From the human T2T-CHM13v2.0 reference genome, Homo sapiens: a stretch of 64,000 nucleotides of DNA. The position numbers were made by a program, and so were the translations under genes. The stretch lies in assembly GCF_009914755.1 (NCBI RefSeq), contig NC_060941.1. The stretch is one strand, 5' to 3'. The notes beneath the pieces are model-generated. The model was not told the origin of the DNA. It was given only the letters and a program-made list of their open reading frames with translations, and made no database searches. Positions 17,350 to 39,146 of this stretch are shown in pieces. Position 1 is the first letter of the stretch. Each line of letters begins with the position of its first letter.

Positions 17350-18120
17350 GGCTCAGGATGGCGGGCGACGGGAGCACGGGAGTAGAGGAGGGAATCGCGG
17401 GGTTGGGAGATGGAAGCCAGGGAGGCAGGAAGAAGAAAGCCAGCAAGTGAGAGAAGAAAAGGATCCGGGAGAAGAGCCGGTGATTTCCTCGAGCCAGCAA
17501 CGAGATCTCGATCCGAGAAAGAAGTCAGGACTCTGGCCAGGAATGAGCGTCCCTGAGCGTCCCCAGGCAGCCACCGGAGCTCGCAGTAGCTTCAACCCCG
17601 GGTAGCCTGCGGAGGCCGGGCCGCCACACTCCTGCCACTGGAGCGCGGGGCCAATGGGGAGCCTTCAAGAGCCACAACCGAGGCCCTCAGCCAATCAGCG
17701 CCGAGCCGGCTCCGCGGCCAAAGGGAGGAGCTCTCGGCGCTCCTGTCCCCGGAATCACCCGGAGGCGGTTGGAATTAACTGTCCAGGCTCCGCCACCAGC
17801 GCTCGGCCGCCGACTCCGGCTCCGGAAGGGAGGCCCGGGACGCGGCGGTTTTGTTATTGGCAGGGAAGAGACCTGGGTTCCCGATCGAACACAGAGGCCG
17901 AGCGCAGCAGTCCCCCACTGGGGTGCTGGGACCGCCCCTCGGGTGGGCGGACGGCTTTAGCTTCCTACCCCGGGTTGTGACCGGGTGGGGTCACATAAGT
18001 TCAGGTCCACGCCCTGCTCGGTGCCGGCGCCAGGAGAGCCAGGAAGACGCGGCCCGGCTTGCGGGGGGTAGAGGGACACACTTGCGCTGCGGGACCAGTC
18101 TCCTGAGGCTGCACGGGTTG
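17350..18120 (-). promoter_or_regulatory. CpG island / SLC25A35 promoter
   Basis: CpG-rich block upstream of the SLC25A35 ATG on the - strand; CCAAT boxes near 17651 and 17691, ATTGG near 17856. Confidence 0.75.
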
Positions 18121-18144
18121 GTGCTTGGTTAATTAAATCCTTAG

Positions 18145-18342
<198 letters not shown>

Positions 18343-18459
18343 TAATAGAGACCACCGTGTTAGCCAGGATGGTCTCGATCTCCTGACCTCGTGATCCACC
18401 CGCCTCAGCCTCCCAAAGTGCTGGGATTACAGGCGTGAGCCACCATCCCTGGCCTGGAG

Positions 18460-21250
<2,791 letters not shown>

Positions 21251-21598
21251 TTTTAATTAAAAATATCAGGAGTCAAAAAAAATAAAATAAAAAAAATATC
21301 AGGAGTCTGGGCGTGGTGGCTCACACCTGTAATCCCAGCACTTTGGGAGGCCAAGGCAGGCAGATCACCTGAGGTTGGGGGTGTGAAACCAGCCTGACCA
21401 ACATGGGGAAACTTCTTCTCTACTAAAAAAAATACAAAATTAGCTGGGGGTGGTGGCGCATGCCTGTAATCCCAGCTACTCGGGAGGCTGAGGCAGGAGA
21501 ATCACTTGAACCCCGGAAGTGGAGGTTGCAGTGAGCAGGAGATTGCGCCATTGCACTCCAGCCTGGGCAACAAGAGTTAAACTCTGTCTCAAAATTAC

Positions 21599-21599
<1 letters not shown>

Positions 21600-21648
<49 letters not shown>

Positions 21649-21660
21649 ATATATATATAT
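21600..21660 (+). repeat. (TCTA)n(TA)n microsatellite
   Basis: About 12 TCTA units followed by TA repeats at an Alu tail. Confidence 0.95.
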
Positions 21661-21897
21661 CAGGGCTGGGCATGGTGGCTCAGGCCTGTAATCCCAGCAC
21701 TTTGGGAGGCTGAGGTCAGCGGATCATGAGGTCGAGAGATCGAGACCATCCTGCCCAACATGGTGAACCCTCATCTCTACTAAAAAAAAAAAATACAAAA
21801 ATTGGCCGGGTGTGGTGGCTCATGCCTGTAATCTCAGCACTTTGGGAGGCCGAGGAGGGCGGATCACCAGGTCATGAGGTCGAGACCATCCTGGCTA

Positions 21898-22305
<408 letters not shown>

Positions 22306-22574
22306 TCAACCCAGGAGGCGGAGTTTGCAGCGAGCCGAGATCGCACCACTGCACTCCAGCTGGGCAACAGAGCTAGACTCCGTCTCAAAAAACAACAACA
22401 ACAACAACAACAAAACAAACAAACAAAAAAAACCCAAAAATGTATAATTAGGCCCAAGGTCACCTAGATTTTCTTTTATGTTTTCTTCTAGAAGCTTTAT
22501 AGTTTTACTTTTTACATTTAGGTCTATGATCCATTTTGAGTTAATTTTTGTAAATTATGTGAGGTCTGGGTTTG

Positions 22575-22706
22575 GTTTCTTCTCATCCTCCTCTCTCTTT
22601 TCTTCTTTCTTCTTTCCTCCTCCTCCTCCTTCGTCGTCTTCTTCCTCTTCCTCCTCTTCTTCTCCTTCTTCTTCTTTTTCTCCTTCTTCTTTCTTCTTCT
22701 TCCTTT
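22575..22706 (+). repeat. Polypyrimidine (CCT/CTT)n low-complexity tract
   Basis: About 130 bp almost purely C/T. Confidence 0.9.
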
Positions 22707-23574
22707 GGTCCTTTGTAAAAAATCTGTTTTCTATATTTGTGTGGCTCGATTTCTGTGCCCTCACTTCTGTTCCCTTGATCTGTGTGTCTAGCCTTTGACC
22801 AATATCATGCTGTCTTGATTTATTGTAGGCTGTTACCATTTTTTCCTGGATGTGAATGTCATGAATCAGATTTGAGAGGAGTTGCATAGGGAACGTAAAA
22901 GTCCCCAGGTGTCTGAAAGAAGGGGTGGTAACATAGAGAGGGAGCGAGAAAGACGGGGAGGCTTGGAGGGCAGGGGGCTGTGTCTTTCTTGCCTCTTCCT
23001 TGGTAGCCTAGACACTGATGGGTTCCTTTTGGCTGCTGAGCGCGCACCCGAAGTGCTCAAACTCCACCTAGTGGTGGTGAGGAAGGATCGTCTCTGTGTA
23101 TCCTCACCTGGGCCAAAACCTGTATAAATTCCCAGAGCAGGCCAGCTTTTCCTTACTGCTTCTTCCTGATTTATCCCCCATCACAGGCAGGCTACCTACA
23201 TTAACAGCTTTGCAGACAGAAATGAGGCCCAGGTGTTCTGTGCTCCATGAAAGAGTCTACTGGACTTCCAAGTCCTGGCCCTACCGGAGGGAGCTGGACT
23301 CAACACTTCTTTTATTAGAAGCTCCCTTTATAAGGGATTGTTTTGTTGTAAGTGACAGAAATCCAACTCAAACTAGCTTACAAAAAGGGAACTCATTGAC
23401 TCACACAACTGAAAGCTCCAGACACACACATGACTTCAGGCCAGCAGAATCAGGCACTCAAATCTGTCTCTCTCCACCTCTGCCATGTATCGGTTTTATT
23501 CTCAGGCCACCTCACTGATGGCCACTAGCAGCTGCAGGCCCATATTCCACCAGCTTAGCATCCTCAGTGGAAAT

Positions 23575-25185
<1,611 letters not shown>

Positions 25186-25759
25186 AAGACCCTGTCTCAA
25201 AAACAAACAAACAAACAAACAAAAACTATCGTGATCCACTCCCCCTACTCTGCTCTGAAACCTTCAGGGCCTGTCTGCCCGGTGTGATTGCTCACGATAT
25301 GGCCTCCATGTGTCCCTCTTTTCATTTCAGATCAGTTTGTTTCCCTTTCACGGTTCTCCAGACGTGCCTACTTTCCTCTTCGCTGTGCCTGCGCTTCCCT
25401 GGATTCCCACAATGCTCCTTCATGCCCTGCCTCTTGGCTTGGCTAAACCCCTCTGCCTGATTTTAAATGAACAGTCAAAGTGCCTCTTCTCCCTGACACC
25501 CACTTTTTCCAACCAACAGGTCAATGACATGAGGAAGACCGAAGGAGGCTGCTGGGTGTGGACACAAAGAGATGGAGCAGACGCTTATGGGCTCCTTCAT
25601 CCTTCCAGAACAGACTCTCCAAGCAAAGTCTAAACCAGTCACATTGAAGCTCCTAGGGTTACTTCATTAATAATATTTCAGGCCGGGCGTGGTGGCTCAC
25701 GCCTGTAATCCCAGCACTTTGGGAGCCTGAGGCGGGAGGATCACAAGATTAGGAGTTCA

Positions 25760-26140
<381 letters not shown>

Positions 26141-26504
26141 TTACAGGCTTGTGCCAACATGCCTGGCTAATTTTTGTATTTTTAGTAGAGACGGGGTTTC
26201 ATCTTGTTGTCCAGGCTGGTCATGAACTCCTGACCTTAAGTGATCTGCCTGCCTCAGCCTCCCAAAGTGCTGGGATTACAGGTGTGAGCCACCACGCCCG
26301 GCTGCACTAATTATTTGTAATGGTAAAGAGTGTAAGCTTCCCTAGGAGGACTGTCTCCCAGTTCTGCACTAGGGGATAAATTGTAATGGTCAAGGTTCTT
26401 TCAGCAGTAAGTGACAGAAAACCAGCTAAAACCAGCTCAAGCGCAAAAGGGAATGTCATGCCTCTGGAAGCTGGGAGGTCCAAGGGACTCAAATATCATT
26501 GTAA

Positions 26505-26771
<267 letters not shown>

Positions 26772-27388
26772 TAGATTGTTCCTGCCTTGTGAGCTTGGAG
26801 GAAAGAGAAAGCTTCTCTTTCTCAGAGGCCCAGAAGCTTCTCTTTCTCCTGGAGTCTGTCCTGACCTGCTCATTCCTGGACCAGTCTCTGTGGCCAGAGG
26901 AATACGGCACTGTGATTGAACAAACCTGAGTCACGTGGCCAGAGGGAGGCTGTTGTGATTGGCTGTCCCACTGGAACCACATGGAGTCGGGTGGGTGATG
27001 GAGAGTTTCGTAGGAGATGGACACTGCTGTTACCAGGAAGATGAAATCTATTTGATGCAACATTATATTCCAGGAAACGTTATAGCTGCAAAGACCACGT
27101 AGCGACATGAAAATTGGTTATAAAGCAATGCTAAGAGAACAAGGCAGAAGACAGACTTGAAACTATGATGGCACATTTGGAATATGAAAAAATAGAAAAC
27201 TTTTGCTCTGTAAGGGTGGTAGAAGAATGAATTATTACGTCAAAAACCTTCAGTGTCTTTGCAAAAGTATTTTATAATAAATAACGTGTGCATGCACAAA
27301 TAGTCTCATGTTTACTGCATAATATGATTTTCGGAGCTCAGTTTCTTTTTGTAATGAGATAAGACACAAATAAAATAGATGGTGATAT

Positions 27389-27690
<302 letters not shown>

Positions 27691-27879
27691 TAGCTGGGAT
27701 TACAGGCGCTCGCCACCACGCCTGGCTTATTTTTGTATTTTTAGTAGAGATGGGGTTTCACCATGTTGGCCAGGCTGGTCTCGAACTCCTGGCCTCAGCT
27801 GATCGGCCCGCCTCGGCCTCCCAAAGAGTTGGGATTACAAGCTTGAGCCACCGCGCCTGGCCTCAATCAAATACATTCA

Positions 27880-28370
<491 letters not shown>

Positions 28371-28607
28371 TTAGAAGGTTGAGGTAAGACAATTGCTTGA
28401 ACCCAAGAGGCAGAGGTTGCAGTGAGCCGAAATCCTGCCACTGCATTCCAGCCTGGGCAACACAGACTTCGTCTCAGAAAAAAAAAAAAGAAAAAAAAAA
28501 GAGGAGTAGTGAACTGTGGGAAGGATTCAATTCAATTTGGTTCAATTCATCAACTATTGAGCACCTATTATGTGCCTGATCCTCTTCCAGAACTTTGGGA
28601 TATACAG

Positions 28608-30475
<1,868 letters not shown>

Positions 30476-30594
30476 GGCCAGGTGTGGTGGCTCACGCCTG
30501 TAATCCCAGCACTTTGGGAGGCCGAGTCGGGCATATCACGAGGTCAGGAGTTCGAGACCAGCCTGGCCAACATGGGGAAACCCTGCCTCTACTA

Positions 30595-31739
<1,145 letters not shown>

Positions 31740-31792
31740 TAGTGTCCAACTCCTGGGCTCAAGTAATCTTCCCACCTCAGCCTCCTGAGTAG

Positions 31793-32024
<232 letters not shown>

Positions 32025-32345
32025 TAGTCAGGCTGGTCTCGAACTCCTGACCTCAGGTGATCCGCCTGCCTCGGCCCCCCTAAGTGCTGGGATTACAGAT
32101 GTGAGCCACCTCGCCCGGCCTGTCCACGGCTAATTTTTTAAAAATCTTTTGTAGAGACAGGGTCACACTATGTTGCCGAGGCTGGTCCTCCCACCTTGCC
32201 CTCCCAAAGTGCTGGAGTGCTGGGATTATAAGGATGAGCAACCACGCCTGGGCCCCTGCAAATGTTATACCTCCCTGGAGGAGACAGACCCCAAGTCCAC
32301 ACTTCTCTCTTCAGTCCTACCTCCTGGCCCTCCCCTTTTCTCTCT

Positions 32346-32351
<6 letters not shown>

Positions 32352-32397
<46 letters not shown>
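32352..32397 (+). repeat. (AC)23 microsatellite just upstream of ARHGEF15 exon 1
   Basis: Perfect dinucleotide run. Confidence 0.97.
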
Positions 32398-32399
<2 letters not shown>

Positions 32400-32479
32400 C
32401 AGACACAATGGCTGGGTGGGGCTGAGGAACTGGCTTCCTCCGCAGAGATCTCAATCTGGGCCCTGAGTTCCCACCCCAG

Positions 32480-32580
32480 AATCACAGGAACACACACTTG
32501 GAAACCTCAGCCCTGCATTCCTCGCTCCAAGGGGCAGACAGGACAGGCTGAAAATAGCAACTGGTTCCAAAAAGATAAAG
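32480..32580 (+). other. ARHGEF15: Probable non-coding exon 1 of ARHGEF15 (5' end approximate)
   Basis: Donor AAG|GTAAAT at 32581 upstream of the acceptor at 34227; ETS-rich region; further candidate donors at 32869 and 33101. Confidence 0.55.
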
Positions 32581-34276
32581 GTAAATTCATGGGGACCTAC
32601 TGCAGAGTTAGGGAGGGAAGCCTGCGGGAGGGTCCCTGGGTGTGAAATAGGCGTTGGCTCACACCCGGCTCAGGAGACAGGTGGTGGTGCAAGTCGGGGA
32701 AAGATGGTGAGACTCGCCGTGGAGGGACGCACGCAGCATCCCTTAGCTGAGACAGAGGCATCCAGACACCCATGCTGCTCAGCCAGGCTCTGTGCCATTG
32801 CCGTCTTGTCCTCATCCCTACCCCTGTCCACCTCACCCCTATGAGCCCCGATCCACACAGCTGTGCAGGTAGAACCTGCGCACACACTTTCCAAGCCTGA
32901 ATTTCAGCTTTTCCCCAGACCCCTTTAACCTCTGAGACCCTGGATACCTCTGTCTCCTGGGGCCCTGTGTGATGTGCGCATGTGGAGAGTGGTGTGGTTC
33001 GTGAGGGGGGGGTGTCCGGTTGGGAGGCGGATCTGATTCCTGTTTCCTGCCCCTACTCACTCAGCCCTGGGAGGTGACTGAGAGTGGAGGGGATTCAAGG
33101 GTGAGTGCTTGGGGCCCGAGTACCTGGGTTCCTAAGGGTGGGGTAGGGAAGGAAGTAAATGCAGGTACCCGAGAGGGGGTGGGATCCCTGAGGGGCAGGG
33201 GCTGGGGAGGAGTTGGCCAGTGGTCAAGACTACCGTGTGGGTCACTTTGCTAAATGACTTTCTGCCAGAACACAGAGGCCACTGAGCTGCAAGACCCATC
33301 ATCTACAACCCCCTTGTTCCCCCCTCATCATTTCTCAAGGAGCCAGTCCGAGGCCTGGAGGGGTCTGACTCTCCTGCTGACCCCTGAAGGGAGTTTGGGG
33401 GTTCCTCTGCTTCCCAGCCCTGACCCTGCAGCCTTCTTGGGATTGTAGCCTCCTTCCTCGAGGGAGGAAGAGAAACCCAGGCCGCAGCGCCCTGGCCCGA
33501 CTGGTCCTGTCCTTCGGTTCATTCTCCCAGCCACCTCCCCAGGCCTCTTGGCAAGACCCATGGCTGTGCTGGGCCTCTCTCTGTGACCAGACCCTAGGGC
33601 AGGCGGGGATGATCAGACGCAGGACAGGAGAGACCTCGCCAGGACCTCCTCATCTCCGGGGGTCAGAGGCTCCAAGAATCTTGATGGCAGGAAAAGGAGA
33701 CTAAAAATAATCCGGAAAGGGAGAGTCCGGAGAGAGGAACTGGGAAATGGGGGGCGGAGGGCCAGTGGAGCAGGGAAACAGTGATGCACGCCTCGCAGCC
33801 CAGGCCCGGCGGACAGGCGCGCCCACGGCACCCAGACCCAGACAGCGCAGAACACACATGGCACACCCACCCTGGCACCGCTATCTCAGACACTCACACC
33901 GAGAACTTCCTAAAGGGCCACACACCACACACCGTATGCTCCACTCTCCCCCTGCACACCCACCCGGCAAGCACAGAACTCGCACACTCACAACACACCA
34001 TGCCACCCCCTACACAAACCACACACAAACCTCCACAACACACTCCACGGACACACGGTTCAGTGGGCAGACACGGAGCGGCTGTATCCCGTATTGAGTT
34101 TTATGGATTCTCTGGAACCCCCACACCAGCCTTCCCTCCTGACTTCAAAATCCTGCCTTCCAGTGGCCCCAGTTTACCCTCCCTGTGGGGCACTAAGGGT
34201 CTTTCTCTTTCCCTCCCTCCTCCTCAGGGGATGACTCCAGCAGAGCACCTCACTCCTTTGAAGAGCACAGAGGAAG

Positions 34277-34877
34277 ATGTCAGCCCAGTCCCTTCCTGCA
34301 GCAACACCCCCCACGCAGAAGCCCCCTCGGATCATCCGCCCCCGCCCTCCTTCTCGTTCCAGGGCTGCCCAGTCCCCAGGGCCTCCCCACAATGGCTCCT
34401 CTCCACAAGAACTACCCCGAAACTCCAATGATGCACCAACCCCAATGTGCACCCCCATCTTCTGGGAGCCCCCAGCTGCATCCCTCAAGCCCCCTGCTCT
34501 TTTGCCCCCCTCAGCTTCTAGAGCCAGCCTCGACTCCCAGACTTCCCCAGACTCACCTTCCAGCACCCCCACACCTAGTCCAGTGTCCCGGCGCTCCGCC
34601 TCCCCAGAACCTGCTCCCCGGTCTCCAGTCCCCCCACCCAAGCCGTCTGGGTCACCCTGCACGCCTCTGCTCCCCATGGCTGGAGTCCTGGCTCAGAATG
34701 GCTCTGCCTCAGCTCCTGGCACTGTGCGGAGGCTGGCTGGCAGGTTTGAAGGGGGTGCTGAAGGCCGGGCTCAGGATGCAGATGCCCCGGAGCCAGGTCT
34801 CCAAGCGAGAGCAGATGTGAATGGGGAGAGAGAAGCTCCCCTCACCGGGAGTGGGTCCCAGGAGAACGGTGCTCCAG
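34277..34877 (+). CDS. ARHGEF15: ARHGEF15 (Ephexin-5) first coding exon (exon starts 34228)
   Basis: gaagATG; Pro/Ser-rich MSAQSLPAATPPTQKPPRIIRPRPP...QENGAP; donor CAG|GTGAG. Confidence 0.95.
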
Positions 34878-35158
34878 GTGAGTGTGGCGGGTGGGGGGCG
34901 CTGGGTGACCTCAATCCACCCATCTTCTCCGTTTTCAGTGCTAACAACTTTCAGGGGCTACCTTTTCAAAAATGGAGTTAATGTTTGGGATATCTGGTTT
35001 CTGTATGTCGGGATTTGAAGGGAGTCAGGGTGGAGGAGATCTATAGATGCCTGGACCTTGATATTGCAGTTGCTGGGCAGGTTAAAGATGGAGATGGTCT
35101 GGGCGGGGGTGGAGCTGGGCCCCAAGGGCTTTCTCCTTAGGCTACCTGTCTCCCACAG

Positions 35159-35491
35159 ATGCTGGCCTGGCCTGCCCTCCCTGCTGCCCCTGTGTCTGCC
35201 ACACCACCCGGCCTGGCCTGGAGCTCAGATGGGTGCCTGTGGGGGGCTATGAGGAGGTCCCCAGGGTCCCCCGTCGGGCCTCCCCGCTGCGGACCTCTCG
35301 CTCCCGCCCCCACCCTCCAAGCATCGGTCACCCTGCCGTTGTCCTCACATCCTACCGCTCCACTGCTGAGCGCAAACTCCTGCCACTCCTCAAGCCTCCC
35401 AAACCAACTCGTGTCAGGCAGGATGCCACCATTTTCGGGGACCCCCCACAGCCAGATCTTGATCTGCTTTCTGAAGATGGAATCCAAACAG
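35159..35491 (+). CDS. ARHGEF15: ARHGEF15 coding exon 2
   Basis: tcccacag|AT; DAGLACPPCCPCVCH...VLTSYRSTAERKLLP...EDGIQT; phase 1 to phase 1. Confidence 0.93.
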
Positions 35492-35737
35492 GTGCAGGGC
35501 CTGGGGGAGTGGACCTCTGGGCTGTGAGGGGACAGGAGAGAGGCAGGGGGGAACTAAAGCCCAGCAAACTACAATCCCCAACAGGCACTGGGCTCTTTGC
35601 TTCCCCACCAGCTGCTGCTCTGGTGCTGAAGAGAGTTGCAGTTTTTATAGTAACCATCCCTGCTGGGGCTGGAGTCGGGAGTCCTGGCTGGGGATCCTGG
35701 AGTTTTTTTTTCTCTTCACTCTGGCTTCTCTCTCCAG

Positions 35738-35792
35738 GGGACAGTCCTGATGAAGCTCCTCAGAATACTCCTCCAGCAACTGTGGAGGGGAG
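35738..35792 (+). CDS. ARHGEF15: ARHGEF15 coding exon 3
   Basis: tctccag|GG GAC; GDSPDEAPQNTPPATVEGR; donor AG|GTAC. Confidence 0.92.
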
Positions 35793-37141
35793 GTACTGAA
35801 CACCCCCACCCCTACTCCCTGGTTCTCTCCCCACCATGCTTCTACCTGAGGGCAGACTAACCTTCAGCTCCAGCTAAATCCCACCTCCACAAAGGTGAGG
35901 GGACAAGGGCCAGGGCTCTAGAGATAAGCAGCCCTTGTTTCGAATCCCAGCTCTGGCCCTTATCAATTCTGTGATCTTATAGAAGGCCGGGCACGGTGGC
36001 TTACATCTGTAATCCCAGCACTCTGGGAGGCCGCGGCAGAAGGATCACCTGAAGTCAGGAGTTCAAGATCAGCCTGGCTAACGTGGTGAAACCCTGTCTC
36101 TACTAAAAATACAAAAATTAGCCGGGCATGGTGACGGGTGCCTGTAATCCCAGCTACTCGGGAGGCTGAGGCAGGAGAATGGCTTGGACCCAGGGAGATG
36201 GAGGTTGCAGGGAGCCAAGAGCGTGCCACTGCACTCCAGCCTGGTCGACAAGAGAGAAACTCCATCTCAAAAAAAAAAAAAATCTGTAGCCTTCCTGGGT
36301 CTCAGTGTCCTCATCTGTGAAATGGGGCTAAGCATAGGAACCACCTCATGGAATCGTGGGGATATGATATTGTGAAGAGCCGGGTCCAGAGTAAGTGAGT
36401 GCACCATTTTAACTCCCTTCCCTCACCTTGAGCTTCTATTGCAATTATTGTCCGAAAATCTATTTGGCAATCATGACCATCTCTTCTATGCTATCCAGGA
36501 TTGTTAATTATCTTAGATTCACCATTGTTATCAGAAGTTATCTGTGTCCATTCATTTATTCAACAAACATTTACTAGTGTGGTTTTTAGCTTGGGCGAAT
36601 GGGGGTGTGGTGGTGCTGATGACCACAGCAGGGGAGATAAGGGGCTGCAGGTGCTGGTGGGAGGTGTGAGAGTTTGCAGTCCATCACGTTGAGCTTCCTT
36701 GACACACAAATAGGGCGTTCCAGACAATGGTTGCTACGTGAGACGGCTGACAAGGAGACTCAGAAATCTCTGGTCTGCAATAGTTGACATAAGAATGGGG
36801 CCCACTTAGTTCAGGGGCTCCTCTCTAAAAGGCACATAAAAAGATCTGGAATTTGGGCCGGGCAAAGTAGGTTACGCCTGTAATCCTGACACTTTGTGAG
36901 GCCAAGGTGGCAGGATTGCTTGAGACCAGGAGTTTAAGACCAGCCTGGGCAACATAACGAGACCTTGCCTTTCCCCTTCAAAAAAAAAAAAAAAAAAAAG
37001 CCTGAGGTTTGATTTGGGGAGCCGTCAGGGTCCCTACATCCAACCTGCACATGGGTTGCCCTGTCCAGCATGAGAACAAGCACCCCTACGGTGGGCAGCA
37101 GTGGTGGCCCTGGGGACTTCCTTCCCTTTCTTTCTCCACAG

Positions 37142-37200
37142 GGAAGAGGAGGGGCTAGAGGTGCTGAAGGAGCAGAATTGGGAGCTGCCCCTGCAGGATG
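37142..37200 (+). CDS. ARHGEF15: ARHGEF15 coding exon 4
   Basis: tttctccacag|G; EEEGLEVLKEQNWELPLQD; donor ATG|GTGAG. Confidence 0.93.
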
Positions 37201-37301
37201 GTGAGGGCCTCTGGACCTGAGGGTCCCTGCTGTGACCATCAAGCAGTGGGGAAGGGTTTGGGAGCCCTGGGCTTCCCTGAAGTGCTATGTTTGCCCTCTA
37301 G

Positions 37302-37513
37302 AACCTCTGTACCAGACCTACCGAGCAGCCGTGCTGTCAGAGGAGCTGTGGGGGGTGGGTGAGGATGGGAGTCCTTCTCCAGCAAATGCTGGAGATGCAC
37401 CCACCTTCCCACGACCCCCTGGACCTCGCAACACCCTGTGGCAGGAGCTTCCGGCTGTGCAAGCCAGCGGTCTTCTGGATACCCTCAGCCCCCAGGAGAG
37501 GCGCATGCAGGAG
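37302..37513 (+). CDS. ARHGEF15: ARHGEF15 coding exon 5 (ephexin EPLYQ tyrosine motif)
   Basis: ccctctag|AA; EPLYQTYRAAVL...LWQELPAV...QERRMQE; Y353 codon at 37310-12. Confidence 0.95.
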
Positions 37514-37649
37514 GTGGGAGCTGGAGGTGGGAGATGGGAGGGGGGTGCTGGGGTTGGGCTGCATGGGTCAGGCATAGGGGAGGAGGGCCCAGGGTCCTAG
37601 CTTCCCACGGTGAACTGGGCTTCCCACGACTGCCTGCTTTTCTTTCTAG

Positions 37650-37810
37650 AGTCTTTTCGAGGTGGTGACGTCCGAGGCTTCCTACCTGCGCTCCCTGCGG
37701 CTGCTGACCGACACCTTCGTGCTGAGCCAGGCACTCCGGGACACGCTCACCCCCCGTGATCACCACACACTCTTCTCCAATGTGCAGCGAGTCCAGGGAG
37801 TCAGCGAGCG
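37650..37810 (+). CDS. ARHGEF15: ARHGEF15 coding exon 6 (DH domain start)
   Basis: SLFEVVTSEASYLRSLRLL...LFSNVQRVQGVSE, typical DH conserved region 1. Confidence 0.96.
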
Positions 37811-37990
37811 GTCAGTGGCTTTCCGTCCTTCCAGGGAACCTGCCCTTAGGCTGCTGGGCACGCCCTTTCCTCTCTCCCGGGCCCAGGTCCTTCCTTCTAC
37901 GGACCCAGTTAGTTCCCAAACCTTCTCTCAAGAACCCGGGAGACCTGGCTCTCTGCCCCGCCCCATTGCTTGCTTCCCCAATTCCTTCAG

Positions 37991-38143
37991 GTTTCTAGCA
38001 ACGCTCCTGTCCCGTGTGCGCTCTTCCCCCCACATCAGCGACTTGTGTGATGTGGTGCATGCCCACGCTGTGGGGCCTTTCTCGGTGTATGTGGATTATG
38101 TGCGGAACCAGCAGTATCAGGAGGAGACCTACAGCCGCCTCAT
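37991..38143 (+). CDS. ARHGEF15: ARHGEF15 coding exon 7
   Basis: FLATLLSRV...FSVYVDYVRNQQYQEETYSRLM; GT-AG boundaries, phase consistent. Confidence 0.96.
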
Positions 38144-38254
38144 GTGAGTGTCCCAGGGGTGGGGAGGAAGCTGGGGAGAGGGATGGGACCGAGGCCACAG
38201 CAGGTTGGGGCACCAGGGCCTCCAGGCAGCCGCTAGCCATGCCTGCTTCTGCAG

Positions 38255-38384
38255 GGACACCAACGTGCGCTTCTCCGCCGAGCTGCGCCGGCTGCAGAGC
38301 CTCCCTAAGTGTGAGCGGCTCCCGCTGCCGTCCTTCCTGCTACTGCCCTTCCAGCGCATCACCCGGCTGCGCATGCTGCTGCAG
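38255..38384 (+). CDS. ARHGEF15: ARHGEF15 coding exon 8
   Basis: DTNVRF...CERLPLPSFLLLPFQRITRLRMLLQ, DH conserved region 3. Confidence 0.96.
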
Positions 38385-38968
38385 GTACCTGTCCCAGCTG
38401 CGGCCGTTTCTGCCCCACCAACCCCATCGGAGAACTCTCCCGAGGGCTTCTTGGCCCTCCAGCTATCACCATGCACTACTCCACCTTAAACATAAAATCC
38501 CCCAAATCATAACTCCGAATCTGGGTCTCTCAGCCTAGGACTCACCAAGTCCTACCTTAGGGGCCCTGTGCTCTTCCCCTTACCTGGACTGCCTCTAGGT
38601 CCAGGTGCAGGGAAAGGCCCTCTGGCTGGAGACATGAGTTCCACACCTAGCTCTGCCACTGACTCTCTGAGTGACCTTAGGCAAGTCCCTTCTGCTCGCT
38701 GGGTCTCAGGGGGAGTGTGTGAGCGGTTTTTGAGGTTGTCTCTGGCTATATTCTTCTACCCACATGCCTTCCCAGCTGGGGTGGTATCACCCCCAAGGGG
38801 GCAAAAATTGGTTCTTTGGGGGTGAAAATAATCTTAGTTATTCCAACAGTTGTACTCCATTAAGCTTTAGTGCATAAACAGAGTTCCAGTAGATCTGTAG
38901 AATTAAACTTTCATGGTGAGGGAGATGTTTAGGGAAAATTATCTTAAAAAGGCAACTTAGTGGGGTGA

Positions 38969-39146
<178 letters not shown>

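Noticed and set aside
22555-22887. Glu/Lys-rich 110-aa ORF on - and Ser/Phe-rich ORF on +
   Set aside because: Products of the (CCT/CTT)n tract and flanking L1 relic
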